The notes below the pieces were generated by a model. The model was not told where the DNA came from and did not search any database. It worked only from the letters and a program-made list of their open reading frames with translations. The translations under genes and the position numbers were made by a program. Below, piece by piece: positions 20,830 to 30,623 of a stretch of 64,000 nt of DNA. How positions within the stretch are numbered: the stretch's first letter is position 1; every line of letters begins with the position of its first letter. Source of the DNA: Dehalococcoidia bacterium (lineage in GTDB: Bacteria; Chloroflexota; Dehalococcoidia; Lucifugimonadales; CBDBON01); assembly GCA_965198105.1 (NCBI GenBank), contig OZ240240.1, forward strand, positions 2,168,755 to 2,232,754, written 5' to 3'.

Positions 20830-21537
20830 CTACCGGCGCCGCCGGAACAGGTTGAGGAAGCGGTCTTCGTAGTACTGGAAGAGCCCCCAGCGGTCCAGCT
20901 CGCTCTTCAGCTCCTCAGCCCTGCCGCCGCGTTCGGCGTCGAAGAAGAGTCTCTCGATCTGCTGGATCGCGGCCCTGGGGGCTCCACCGTAGGCCGGCAG
21001 CGGGTCCAAGAGTCCCCTGCCCTGGAACTCCTGCACGTTCTGCGCCGTGGAGGCGGAGGTGAACTCGTAGATGAACTTCAGGAGGGATACGTCCCAGAGC
21101 TCGTCGACGCCGACCAGCACGACGGTCATGGTCTCCTTGCGCCGATCGAGGTCTTCGTTGATCCGGTGGGCGATCTCACCGGGCACCCCGCCGACGATGT
21201 CCATCTTGTCCGCCTCATTCTTGTACTGGTAGAGGATCCCGGGGCTGTTGCCTCCGTAGGATATGGCGACCTCGCGCATATACTCGTACGCCTCCGAGCT
21301 GAAGCCCTGCAGGTTGAGACCGTACGTCGGCGTGATTACTGTCGGGCGCTGAGCGATCACCCTGCCCGTACGGACGACACCCTCGATCTTATCCGGGACC
21401 AGGTCCTGGTATATGGGCTCGGTGACGACATAGTAGGAAATGTTGGTGGTCCCAAAGGTTGCGAGGTGCTGCTTTGGGTATCTCACCACCCACGTCTGCT
21501 CCAGCGCGCGGAGCCACTCTCTTGGGTTCTCGGTCAT
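20830..21537 (-). CDS. Conserved hypothetical protein
   Basis: 235-aa ORF with ordinary globular composition; no family recognised. Confidence 0.7.
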   Translation of the reverse strand: MTENPREWLRALEQTWVVRYPKQHLATFGTTNISYYVVTEPIYQDLVPDKIEGVVRTGRVIAQRPTVITPTYGLNLQGFSSEAYEYMREVAISYGGNSPGILYQYKNEADKMDIVGGVPGEIAHRINEDLDRRKETMTVVLVGVDELWDVSLLKFIYEFTSASTAQNVQEFQGRGLLDPLPAYGGAPRAAIQQIERLFFDAERGGRAEELKSELDRWGLFQYYEDRFLNLFRRRR

Positions 21538-21622
21538 CGTCTCATGTCCGTCTATCTGATGCTAGACGGGCTCCCGGAGCCGTGTCAAGGAGCGCGCCTG
21601 TCTACCGTTCCGTATCTCCGAA

Positions 21623-23086
21623 TCAGCTCAGAATCCTGCGGAAAGCTCCTAGGATGAGCGCGCCTCCCAACAGTCCGATAAGCGAGAGGTCCATGGCGCT
21701 GACGCTCCCGGGTGCGGGCCTGCTGCAGGCTCCTCCTCCGCCGGACTGCTCCTCGACGGCATTCTCCTGGCCGTCGCTGGTGGTTGGCGCCGTCGTGGGT
21801 GTGGAGGCCGGTTGCGGGGTGGATGGCGCCGGCGTGGCTGTTGGCGAAGTTCCACCCGACAGGGGTTGACTCTGCAGGGTGTACGGTGCGAGGGTCGGCC
21901 TCGGAACAGCGGTTGGGCGCACGCTGCGGGACAGTGGCGGCACGTACGGTGGGGCGCCTATCGCTGCGCGCCAGTCGTTCTCGAGGTTGAGTCTGTCGAC
22001 ACCGTAGACCTCCATCAGGGCCGAATCCACGCTCTTTCCTTCCTTGAGAGTTGCCATGAGCTTCTTCATATTGTCAGCGCCGTACCGCCGGATCATGTAT
22101 CGGACGATGCTCCGTCCCTGTCCGTAGAAGATGATCACCTCTTCCGGGTCTCCCGGCCTCGTCGTCATCGAGGTGGTGGGCAGAAGCCTGTCGTTCGATA
22201 TGGCGAACTCCAACGCGACGTCGTAGGAGAAACCCGGAACGATGTTCCCGTATTCCGCCAGACCTTCGTCCAGCCAGGCGGGAACGCTCCGCAGCACGCT
22301 GTCGCCGGCGCGGTGCGTGAGAATGTGGGTCACTTCGTGCGATGCGGTGCCTTCGGAGAGCCGACCCCCTCCCAGGACGAGAAGTGTGCCGATGTCGGTG
22401 AACGCCTGCCCTTCCGTGACCAGCTCCCGACGGATTGTCGAGCTGCCGGGCGGCAGGGCCTCGAGCATCTCCTTGATGTTGTTGTACATGGTGACACGTA
22501 TAGGACTCTCCGTATCGGCTCCCAGCAGAGGCCCCATGTGCCCGATCGTCTCGACGATCGCGTTGAGGATCAGCTCGGCCCTGCTCTTGACCGGACCGTG
22601 GTAGGCGACGGATACCGACCCTTCGGAGACTTCGTCCCAGTCGAATCGCGCGTCTTCATAGATGAACTCCCTCGTCTCCGTGTCCAGCCGGTTGCCCTCG
22701 GAGTCTTCGATCTCGAAGCTGTAGGTGATGATCGTTCCCGGAGGGATGTACCTGGAGGCCGTGTTGGTGCGGTAGAAGAGCCGGCCGTCTATGACCGGCG
22801 CCGTCTCGAAATCGAGATAGTCGTAGGCCCCGGTCGTCTGCTGACCGATCCTGAACCGGACGGCCACCGACTCGATGTCGTTGTCGCCGACCGCCTGGAG
22901 CCTGAAGAGGATTCCTGAAGGGAAATCGCTCGTCACGCTGGACGACTCCACCCTTATCGGAGAGTCCTCTGCCTCCGCTGCGGCGGTGGGCCAAAGGGCA
23001 ACGAGGGAGATCAGCAGCAACACGGCGGTGCGGGCGCATCTGGCGTCCGGTATCTTCCATGCACGCCCGTCAAGCCACGAGTCCAT
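21623..23086 (-). CDS. Secreted peptidase MA-like zinc metallohydrolase
   Basis: Signal peptide, HEVTH...PAWLDEGLAEY, Pro/Thr linker, GGGGAC plus C-terminal TM anchor. Confidence 0.85.
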   Translation of the reverse strand: MDSWLDGRAWKIPDARCARTAVLLLISLVALWPTAAAEAEDSPIRVESSSVTSDFPSGILFRLQAVGDNDIESVAVRFRIGQQTTGAYDYLDFETAPVIDGRLFYRTNTASRYIPPGTIITYSFEIEDSEGNRLDTETREFIYEDARFDWDEVSEGSVSVAYHGPVKSRAELILNAIVETIGHMGPLLGADTESPIRVTMYNNIKEMLEALPPGSSTIRRELVTEGQAFTDIGTLLVLGGGRLSEGTASHEVTHILTHRAGDSVLRSVPAWLDEGLAEYGNIVPGFSYDVALEFAISNDRLLPTTSMTTRPGDPEEVIIFYGQGRSIVRYMIRRYGADNMKKLMATLKEGKSVDSALMEVYGVDRLNLENDWRAAIGAPPYVPPLSRSVRPTAVPRPTLAPYTLQSQPLSGGTSPTATPAPSTPQPASTPTTAPTTSDGQENAVEEQSGGGGACSRPAPGSVSAMDLSLIGLLGGALILGAFRRILS

Positions 23087-23118
23087 ACGACTATTCTAGC
23101 CGATATGACGGGGCCGTT

Positions 23119-23724
23119 CTACGGGTCGCTTCCGAGGACGCTCCTGGCGTGAAGCAGCCGCTGGGCCGACGTGACGAGAGTCAGGCCGGCGATCAGACCG
23201 AGGACGACGAGCACGGAAACGGGCCACCAGTGGCCGACGATCAGTCCCGCTGCCAGCGCGGCGACTCTCTCGGGGCGGGTCATGATGCCGACGGTGCAGT
23301 CGATTCCCAGGCCCTCCGCTCGTGCCCGCGTGTAGCTGACGGTAAAGGACCCGACTAGGGCCAGACAGCAGAGGAGCGCCCCTTCTGTGGAGTCGGCGTT
23401 GACGTAGTGCACCAGGAGTCCGATGAGCACCGCCGACTCCCCTGCCCTGTCCAGAGTCGAGTCCAGCAGCGCCCCGTACTTGGATGCGGCCCCGGTGTGG
23501 CGCGCGAGAGCGCCGTCCAGAAGGTCGAACAGCCCGGAGCAGATGAGTACGGCGCCCCCCATCCATAGGTGGCCGGCTCCCAGCAGGCAGGCGCTTCCCA
23601 CGGCTATGAGCAGACCGAGAAGGGAGACGGCGTTGGGGGATAGACCCAGGGCCGCCAGCAGCCTCGCGGCAGGCGTTTCGAAGCGGGACCGGAGCAGCGA
23701 TCTGAAGGCTGTCCTGCTTATCAT
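23119..23724 (-). CDS. CDP-alcohol phosphatidyltransferase (PIP synthase-like)
   Basis: SPNAVS, DLLDGALAR...YGALLDSTLDR, SYTRARAEG, RPER. Confidence 0.92.
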   Translation of the reverse strand: MISRTAFRSLLRSRFETPAARLLAALGLSPNAVSLLGLLIAVGSACLLGAGHLWMGGAVLICSGLFDLLDGALARHTGAASKYGALLDSTLDRAGESAVLIGLLVHYVNADSTEGALLCCLALVGSFTVSYTRARAEGLGIDCTVGIMTRPERVAALAAGLIVGHWWPVSVLVVLGLIAGLTLVTSAQRLLHARSVLGSDP

Positions 23725-23746
23725 TCCTTGCGTCTGTGGATGGGCG

Positions 23747-24895
23747 CTATCCGGTCAGCGCGACCGACCTCGCGGCCAGACGGCTCTTATAGTGCGCCAG
23801 CACTCGGGACGCCACCCTGCTCCACCGGAACTTCTCCACCGTGTCGCGGGCGTTCGATTCCAGCCGATGCGCGAGGCGCCTGTCCGTGAGCAGGGCCCTG
23901 ATCGCGTCGGCTAGGGCGTCCTCTCGCTTGGGCTCCACCAGCATACCGTCCCGGCCGTGCGTGATGACGCTGGAGAAGCCCTCGATGTTGGAGGCCACGA
24001 CGGGCGCACCGGCAGCCATTGCCTCCAGCAGTACGATCCCCTGGCTCTCTCCGCCGGTAGCCGGGGAGCAGTAGATGTCCGCCGTGCGGTAGTATCGTGC
24101 CTTGTCCTCCTCAGAGACCGCACCCGCGAAGACGACGTCGGTGAGGTTACGTTCGGCCATGATCCGATAGGACTCGTCGTCGGGCTTGCCGGGACCGGCG
24201 ACGATGAGCCGGAGATTGGGCCAGTCCCACTTGAGGCGACTGTAGGCTCCGAGGAGGTATCGGAGCCCTTTTCTCTTTTCCAGCCGCCCGAAGTAGAGGA
24301 GGTTGATCATCCCGTCCTTGAGCTCGGCAAGGGGCTCGGCGCACGCGAACCGGTCCACGTCGACGCCGTTCGGGATGATCTCATAGTCGCCTGGGAGATG
24401 GCGGTTGATGAACTGCCTTGCCGGCTCCGAGACGGCTATGAGGCCGTCCAGCCGGCGGAAATAGCGCATCGCCAGCCTGTTACCGCCGAATCCGTAGAGG
24501 CGCGTCCCCTTGTACGAGTGGAAGGTCCCTATGTTCACCGAGTTGACCGAACCGGCGGCGGCCAGGGCGCTGACCGTGACCGCGCCGGCCATAGGCTCGT
24601 GGAGGTGGGTTACGTCGAACGCCTCCCCTTGCAGCAGGGCCTTGATGCGGGGGCGGAGCCAGACGGATACGGAGACTCTGGCGATCGATCCTCCGCTGGG
24701 GACCGGGACCACCCTCCCCATCGGTATGAAGTCTTCGTCCGAGACCCGGCGGGGATTGGAGCAAGGAGCGATGATCCGAGCCGTGTGGCCCCAACGTCTG
24801 AACTGTCTGGCTAGATGCTCCACATGGTCGCTCACCCCACCGGGGAAGGCGTGGTCGTAAGGTGAGATGAGACCGATCTTCAGGGGACGATCCAT
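23747..24895 (-). CDS. GT4 glycosyltransferase, PimA-like
   Basis: KIGLISPYD..PGGV, HLHEP, GTFH, IPNGVD, GRLEKRKG, GGESQGIVLLEAMAAG. Confidence 0.88.
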   Translation of the reverse strand: MDRPLKIGLISPYDHAFPGGVSDHVEHLARQFRRWGHTARIIAPCSNPRRVSDEDFIPMGRVVPVPSGGSIARVSVSVWLRPRIKALLQGEAFDVTHLHEPMAGAVTVSALAAAGSVNSVNIGTFHSYKGTRLYGFGGNRLAMRYFRRLDGLIAVSEPARQFINRHLPGDYEIIPNGVDVDRFACAEPLAELKDGMINLLYFGRLEKRKGLRYLLGAYSRLKWDWPNLRLIVAGPGKPDDESYRIMAERNLTDVVFAGAVSEEDKARYYRTADIYCSPATGGESQGIVLLEAMAAGAPVVASNIEGFSSVITHGRDGMLVEPKREDALADAIRALLTDRRLAHRLESNARDTVEKFRWSRVASRVLAHYKSRLAARSVALTG

Positions 24896-25000
24896 GTGCT
24901 CCCTCGATGAGGTGCAGCGATCCGTCTATCAAGCCCGCCGCGCCGATTCTATCACTCGCGCGTCGAGCGGGACAAGCCGCGCGTCTCCGAAGGCGGCGCT

Positions 25001-25432
25001 TCAGTTCTTGGTGGCTGAAACGATCCCGCCGCGGCCGACGTAACGGTCCCGGAACGCTTCGAAGACGTCAAGCTTCTCCTGTTGGAACTCTGCGGGCTGC
25101 TCGCGGTCGTCGAGCCAGGGATTGGGGAAGTAGAACCTGATCAGCGTACGGTCACAGCCGTCAGAAAGGCGGACGTAGTAGAGCTTGGGGATGCCCTGGT
25201 GAAACCGGTCGACCGCATCGACGAACTGCGCGCCTGCCACGTCGTCCATATCGATGTGGACGTGCCATTCGTCCGACTCGATCATCGCCCACCGGTCCGC
25301 GAGGTCCAGCCTCACGGTCGAGCCGGTGTGCATCTCCGCAACGGCGGAGGCGGAATCGATCACCACGAGCATGTTGGGAGTCTCGACCAGCTCTCCAATG
25401 AGCTGCGCCAGCAGGGGCCTGTCCATAGGCAT
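25001..25432 (-). CDS. Hypothetical protein, possibly HemS/HutX-like fold
   Basis: SAVAEM...WAMIESDEWHVHID...FYFPNPW pattern; fold call is tentative. Confidence 0.55.
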   Translation of the reverse strand: MPMDRPLLAQLIGELVETPNMLVVIDSASAVAEMHTGSTVRLDLADRWAMIESDEWHVHIDMDDVAGAQFVDAVDRFHQGIPKLYYVRLSDGCDRTLIRFYFPNPWLDDREQPAEFQQEKLDVFEAFRDRYVGRGGIVSATKN

Positions 25433-25640
25433 GATTTCCTCGGCCGCTCTGTCCGGTTGGCGGCCAAGCATACGCGACCCGATGGCGCGATGTCCAGGCT
25501 CTTCTCACCTTGACACAGGCGTTCCCGCTCTGGTAGCATCAGGCCGACCGTGGACGATAACTCGGATAGATCGGTGGTCACGGCCCGGCTATTGCGGCCC
25601 CTCCGCGCAGACGCGGTGGGGTCTTTTCGTTATTGAGACC

Positions 25641-26990
25641 ATGGCTGCCTACGCGGGTGTCGTCCTTGCAGCGGGCAGGGGTACCCGCATGAAATCCAAG
25701 ACCCCCAAGGTGCTTCACCGGATCTGTGGCCGCGAGATGGTGAGGCTCGCAGTCGACTGCGCAGCCGACGCCGGCCTCTCCCCGATTGTCGTGGTGACTC
25801 CACCGTCCGGCGATGCCATAAGGGCGGTCCTGGGCGGCGGCGTAATCTGCGTGGAGCAGCAAGAGCCTCTGGGGAGCGGGCACGCGCTTCTCCAAGCGCG
25901 GAGCGCAGTGGGTCCCGACTCGGGCCTGTTCGTCATCAACGGAGACGTCCCATTGGTGACGCCGGAGAGTGTCCGGTCCCTCGTCGCAGCTCACCGCGAG
26001 CACGGCGCTGCCGTTGCTATCCTGACGGCAACCGTCTCCAAGCCCGATGGGCTCGGACGCGTCATCAGATCGGACGAGGGTGTCGTCACCGCCGTAGTGG
26101 AGGAGTGGGAGGCGGAGGAGGCCGCGCTTTCGGTGTCCGAGATAAACGTCGGCGCATACTGCTTCAACGTCCATTGGCTGTGGGAGAGCCTGAGCGGCCT
26201 TCCAGCCTCCGGCAACGGCGAGATCCCTCTCACCGATCTCATCGGATTGGCCGTTTCTCAGGGGAGGACCGTTGAGACGGTCGCGGTGGACGCCGGTGAG
26301 GCTTTGAGCGTGAACACGCGAGTCCAGTTGGCGGAAGCGGAAGGCGTTCTCAGGCAACGGATCAGGGAGCAGTGGATGCTCGCCGGCGTCTCCATGCCGG
26401 ACCCGTCGGCCGTCTACGTAGACGCCGATGCGGAGATCGGGGAGGACACCACCATCTACCCCAATACCCATATACGGGGCAGATCGAGAATCGGGCGCGA
26501 CTGCGAGATCGGTCCCAACTCCGTAGTAGTCGATTCGACCGTCGGCGACGGCTGTAGAGTCGTCTCATCGGTTGTCGAAGAGTCGACGATTGAAGACCGC
26601 GTCGAGATCGGGCCCTTCAGCCGAGTGAGAGACGGCAGCCGGCTGATGGACGGTGTCTATCTCGGGAACTATGCCGAGGTAAAGAACAGTCTGTTGGACC
26701 GCGGCACGAAGGTATCGCATTTCAGCTACGTCGGAGACGCGCAGGTCGGGTCGAACGTCAACATCGGAGCGGGGGCCGTGACCTGTAACTACGACGGAGT
26801 GGAGAAGAGCCGGACGGTTATCGGGGATGACGCATTCATAGGGTCGGACTCGATGCTCGTTGCGCCGGTCAACATAGGCGCTCGCGCTGCTACGGGCGCC
26901 GGCTCTGTGATAACCAGGGACGTGCCGCCCGATCATCAGGCGATCGGCGTACCCGCCAGAGTCCGACGCAAGAGGACGGACCCAGCTTAG
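25641..26990 (+). CDS. glmU: Bifunctional UDP-GlcNAc pyrophosphorylase / acetyltransferase
   Basis: LAAGRGTRMKSKTPKVLH, QEPLGSGHA, hexapeptide repeats, HFSYVGDA, CNYDG. Confidence 0.97.
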   Translation: MAAYAGVVLAAGRGTRMKSKTPKVLHRICGREMVRLAVDCAADAGLSPIVVVTPPSGDAIRAVLGGGVICVEQQEPLGSGHALLQARSAVGPDSGLFVINGDVPLVTPESVRSLVAAHREHGAAVAILTATVSKPDGLGRVIRSDEGVVTAVVEEWEAEEAALSVSEINVGAYCFNVHWLWESLSGLPASGNGEIPLTDLIGLAVSQGRTVETVAVDAGEALSVNTRVQLAEAEGVLRQRIREQWMLAGVSMPDPSAVYVDADAEIGEDTTIYPNTHIRGRSRIGRDCEIGPNSVVVDSTVGDGCRVVSSVVEESTIEDRVEIGPFSRVRDGSRLMDGVYLGNYAEVKNSLLDRGTKVSHFSYVGDAQVGSNVNIGAGAVTCNYDGVEKSRTVIGDDAFIGSDSMLVAPVNIGARAATGAGSVITRDVPPDHQAIGVPARVRRKRTDPA

Positions 26991-28253
26991 ATGGAGACAG
27001 ACGGGCCGTTATCCGCCGTCGCATTGGGAGTCTCGCTGCTGCTCTTCGCAGTGGCTTCCGCCGCCGAGGCCGGCATAGCGTCGGTCCGCCGGGAGCGCGT
27101 CCACCAGCTGGTGTCCCATGGTGCGGCCGGTGCAGCCGCGCTCGACCGTCTGCACAATCTTCCGGTCGGACCTGTCGCCGCGGTCGTTCTGATCCGCATG
27201 CTTGGGCTGTCCGGAGCGCTGGTCTCCACAGTCGCCTTGGTGATAGCGCAGATGGGCGCGGTCTGGGTGCTCGTTGGACTTGCGGGCGCCGGAGTCCTCG
27301 CACTCCTTGGCGCCGTCCATAGGGCTGCCGGTGCGATCGCGTCCCGCAGAGGTGAGAGGGTCGCGCTCAATATCGCAGGAGCCGTTGGGCTGCTCACGTG
27401 GCTGCTGCTACCGCTCCTCTACCCTCGGCGTCTTCTCTTATGGACAGGACGTGACGGAGAGGCCGGTCTCGAGGAGTCGGGTCCGGAGATGATACCCACG
27501 GAGATAGATCTCCCGGTCGAGGCGGCTGGCGGACCTCTCGACGAGCGCGAGGTTCGGATGATTCACGGCGTCGTCAGGCTGGACACCACCATGGCGCGCG
27601 AGATCATGGTGCCGCGGCTGGACATCATTGCGGCTGAGATAGGCACTCCCATCGCAGAGCTGTCCGAGCAGATGGTGCGGGGCGGTCACAGCCGCATTCC
27701 AATCTACCGCGGCGATCTGGATCGCGTGGAGGGTGTTGCCTACGCGAGGGACATCCTCCAGGCGCTCGTGCGCAATGGCGAGGCGTCGGGCGTACTGGTC
27801 GACACGCTGATACGCCCTGCCCTGTTCATTCCGGAGTACAAGAACCTGGAGGAGCTGCTCAACGAGTTCCAGAACAAGCGCGTTCACGTCGCGATCGTCG
27901 TCGACGAATACGGCGGAGTCTCAGGTCTGGTGACGATAGAGGATCTCCTGGAGGAGATCGTCGGGGAGATTCAGGACGAGTTCGAGTTGGGCGAGCCTGA
28001 CGTAGAGCCGGTCGGGATGGGCGAGTTTATGATCGACGCCCGGGTCGGCCTCGAACAGCTTAACGAGCTTTTGGGAGTCGCCGTCGAGGGGGACGGGTTC
28101 GACACGGTAGGCGGGTTCGTCTACCAGAAGCTGGGTAAGATTCCCAGTCCCGGAGACGCGGTGGTCTATGACGGACTGCGCATAGAGGTGGTATCCACGG
28201 TGGGCCGACGATTGAAAAGGCTCCGGGTGACTCGCGCCGGCGCTCTCGGATAG
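26991..28253 (+). CDS. Hemolysin/CNNM family protein (DUF21-CBS-CorC)
   Basis: TM region, REIMVPR, HSRIPIY, VVDEYGGVSGLVTIEDLLEEIVGEI, DTVGGF. Confidence 0.92.
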   Translation: METDGPLSAVALGVSLLLFAVASAAEAGIASVRRERVHQLVSHGAAGAAALDRLHNLPVGPVAAVVLIRMLGLSGALVSTVALVIAQMGAVWVLVGLAGAGVLALLGAVHRAAGAIASRRGERVALNIAGAVGLLTWLLLPLLYPRRLLLWTGRDGEAGLEESGPEMIPTEIDLPVEAAGGPLDEREVRMIHGVVRLDTTMAREIMVPRLDIIAAEIGTPIAELSEQMVRGGHSRIPIYRGDLDRVEGVAYARDILQALVRNGEASGVLVDTLIRPALFIPEYKNLEELLNEFQNKRVHVAIVVDEYGGVSGLVTIEDLLEEIVGEIQDEFELGEPDVEPVGMGEFMIDARVGLEQLNELLGVAVEGDGFDTVGGFVYQKLGKIPSPGDAVVYDGLRIEVVSTVGRRLKRLRVTRAGALG

Positions 28254-28258
28254 TCCGC

Positions 28259-28301
28259 AAAAATAAGAGGCCGCGCAGTCAAGCGCGGCCTCTATTATTT
28301 T
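28259..28301. terminator. Bidirectional intrinsic terminator
   Basis: AAAAATA-AGAGGCCGCGC-agtcaa-GCGCGGCCTCT-ATTATTTT between convergent genes. Confidence 0.85.
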
Positions 28302-28339
28302 AGCCTGGATTTTGAACTGCTACGGAGCGGGAGTTACCC

Positions 28340-29227
28340 TTACCCGCCAGCGCACCCAGAATCCTCCTTCGCTGTCACCGCCAGCGGCGCCGTCGCCACT
28401 GAGCCGAGTGACCCCTTTGCGGAGAGGGTGTATACACCGGGATCGAGAGTGATGGTACCGGTCATCATGACCGCGCCCGAGGAGTTCGCCGTCTCGCCCG
28501 CATGCACCGTATCACCGCCGTCCGGGAAGGTGCCCACGGACGATACCGCCACACCCTCGTCAGCATTGAATCCGGCGCCGTAGATCGTCGTGGTGCCGCT
28601 GCACACGCCATCCTCGTCGGCCGTCAGATCGACCGTGCTGGCAGTCAGGCTGGTGCCGACATCGGGGGCTGCGAGTCTGAAGGGAACGATGTTGACCGGC
28701 TCGCTGGCCTTGCTGCCGTCTGCGCCAATCGCGACCAGTGACATGACACCCTCGGCTTTGGCCGCAACATCTTCGTTGAGAATGAGCGAGTCGAGGCTGA
28801 GCTCGAAGGCACCGGCTCCGTTCGCGGTGACGTTAGTCATGATCGGCCTGATGACGTCGTCGATCCAGATGCTGACGATTACCGGCTCGCCGATTCGGAA
28901 CCCAGAGCCCCTGACGGTAAGCGGATCGCTGGTCGTTATCGTGCTCTCGCTGACTGACAGACCCGCCTCCGGAGAGACGGCGTCGGCGCCGGCGGGACCC
29001 TGCTCTCCCGAAGGACCCGGAGGGCCGGGGTTACCGGGGTTACCGGGACTACCGGGGAGGCCTGGCGACCCGGACTCTCCCTGGATGCCCTGGACGCCGG
29101 AGTTGCCGGGGTTACCTGGAAGACCTGGGAGCCCCCTTGGCCCCTGAGGTCCCTCACACGCCATCAGCACCAAGGCGAACAATGAAAGCAGGGCAAGAAC
29201 GCCCCCGATGGACAAACGCTTTCTCAT
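28340..29227 (-). CDS. Collagen-like lipoprotein
   Basis: Lipobox LMAC, 19 Gly-X-Y triplets, then two beta-rich repeats (GSGF/GAGF). Confidence 0.85.
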   Translation of the reverse strand: MRKRLSIGGVLALLSLFALVLMACEGPQGPRGLPGLPGNPGNSGVQGIQGESGSPGLPGSPGNPGNPGPPGPSGEQGPAGADAVSPEAGLSVSESTITTSDPLTVRGSGFRIGEPVIVSIWIDDVIRPIMTNVTANGAGAFELSLDSLILNEDVAAKAEGVMSLVAIGADGSKASEPVNIVPFRLAAPDVGTSLTASTVDLTADEDGVCSGTTTIYGAGFNADEGVAVSSVGTFPDGGDTVHAGETANSSGAVMMTGTITLDPGVYTLSAKGSLGSVATAPLAVTAKEDSGCAGG

Positions 29228-29462
29228 CTGACCCCCTCTTCTAAGGAATCCAACAGTGCTCACTACGATTCGGGAAAATCTTCGTTAACTGTGCAGCCCT
29301 GTCGAACAAAGTTTTCGCCGGTCTACCCGGCGACAGTCGAAACGGCGGCCTAATGATATTCACCATATGCCCGGTATGTCAACCCCCCCTGCACTGACTT
29401 TTGAACCCGGACGCCGGTCGGCCTGTTCAGATATGAATGTAGCTGATAACATTCTAAAGCAC

Positions 29463-29537
29463 GCCCCCGTAGCTCAGTGGATAGAGCACTGGCCTCCGGA
29501 GCCAGGTGCGTGGGTTCGAGTCCCGCCGGGGGTGCCA
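29463..29537 (+). tRNA. tRNA-Arg(CCG)
   Basis: GCCCCCGTAGCTCAGTGGATAGAGCACTGGCCTCCGGAGCCAG...GGTTCGAGTCC...GGGGGTGCCA. Confidence 0.95.
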
Positions 29538-29574
29538 CCGTTCAGTAGCCTTTGTGGCCGCTATTCGGCCTTTC

Positions 29575-30546
29575 TCAGAACCAGAGACGCTTGTCTACCA
29601 CGTTCCTCAGCGGCCTCCCCTCGTTGAAGCGGACGCAGTTATCGATGAACAGCTCGGTGCGCCTCTCGTCGAGGTAGGGCCCCAGACCTGCCACGTGCGG
29701 CGTGATGATCACTCCCGGGGCGCGCCAGAGCGGATGCTTCGCCGGAAGCGGCTCTACCTGGAAGACGTCGAGACCGGCGCCGGCTATCTCCCCGCACTCC
29801 AGAGCCGCCACAAGGTCGTCCAGCACCACGGTGGCGCCTCGTCCTATGTTGATGAAGAAGGCGGTTCGCCTCATAGCCCGGAACTGGCGGATGCCGAACA
29901 TTCCCTGAGTCTCAGGTGTCTCGGGCACCGTCACGACCACGAAGTCGCCTCGCGGCAGCACGTCGTCGAGCGCGTCAGGTCTGTAGAGCTCGGCCACGCC
30001 CGCGGGGGTATCCTCCCGTCTGGGGTCGACTCCCAGCACAGTCATGCCGAACTCGGCGCAGAGCCGTGCCGCCTCGGCGCCTATCCCGCCGACGCCCACG
30101 ACGACCGCCGTCGCGTCCGGGAGGTATACGGGGTCGTACGCCGGCCTCCACTCTCTTCGCAGCTGCTGCGGCAGATAGACGTGCAGCCCTTTGGCGAAGG
30201 CCAGGAGCAGCGCCATGATGTGGGAGCCGATGTGCTCGTTGTATATCTCGCGCGTGTTGGTGACGACCACGTCGCTGTCGATCAGCACGGGGTGGTAGTA
30301 GCCCGCCATCGGCCCAGCCTGCGGACACGCTATCCACCGGAGCCTCCCCGCTCGCTCGAAGAGCTCGGGCAAGATGTTTCCGAATGCGGCGTCCGCCTCC
30401 TCTATGCTCTCCATCGCCTCTCCCAGAGACCTGCAGAGCGTCACCTCTATATCGGGTATCGCCTCCCTCAGCTTCTTTGGCCAGGTCTCGATGACGGACG
30501 AACCCCCCAGACCGTCGGGAGGCAGAATCACCAGCTTGAATCCCAT
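29575..30546 (-). CDS. D-2-hydroxyacid dehydrogenase
   Basis: VGVGGIG, PETPET, FINIGRG, AGLDVFQVEPL, ITPHVAG. Confidence 0.93.
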   Translation of the reverse strand: MGFKLVILPPDGLGGSSVIETWPKKLREAIPDIEVTLCRSLGEAMESIEEADAAFGNILPELFERAGRLRWIACPQAGPMAGYYHPVLIDSDVVVTNTREIYNEHIGSHIMALLLAFAKGLHVYLPQQLRREWRPAYDPVYLPDATAVVVGVGGIGAEAARLCAEFGMTVLGVDPRREDTPAGVAELYRPDALDDVLPRGDFVVVTVPETPETQGMFGIRQFRAMRRTAFFINIGRGATVVLDDLVAALECGEIAGAGLDVFQVEPLPAKHPLWRAPGVIITPHVAGLGPYLDERRTELFIDNCVRFNEGRPLRNVVDKRLWF

Positions 30547-30623
30547 ACCAGCGCATCCTACCGCAGTGGAGTGGCTGCCAGTGTATGGAGGCGTCCGCAG
30601 GCTGTCAACGGCGCCCCGGCGCC

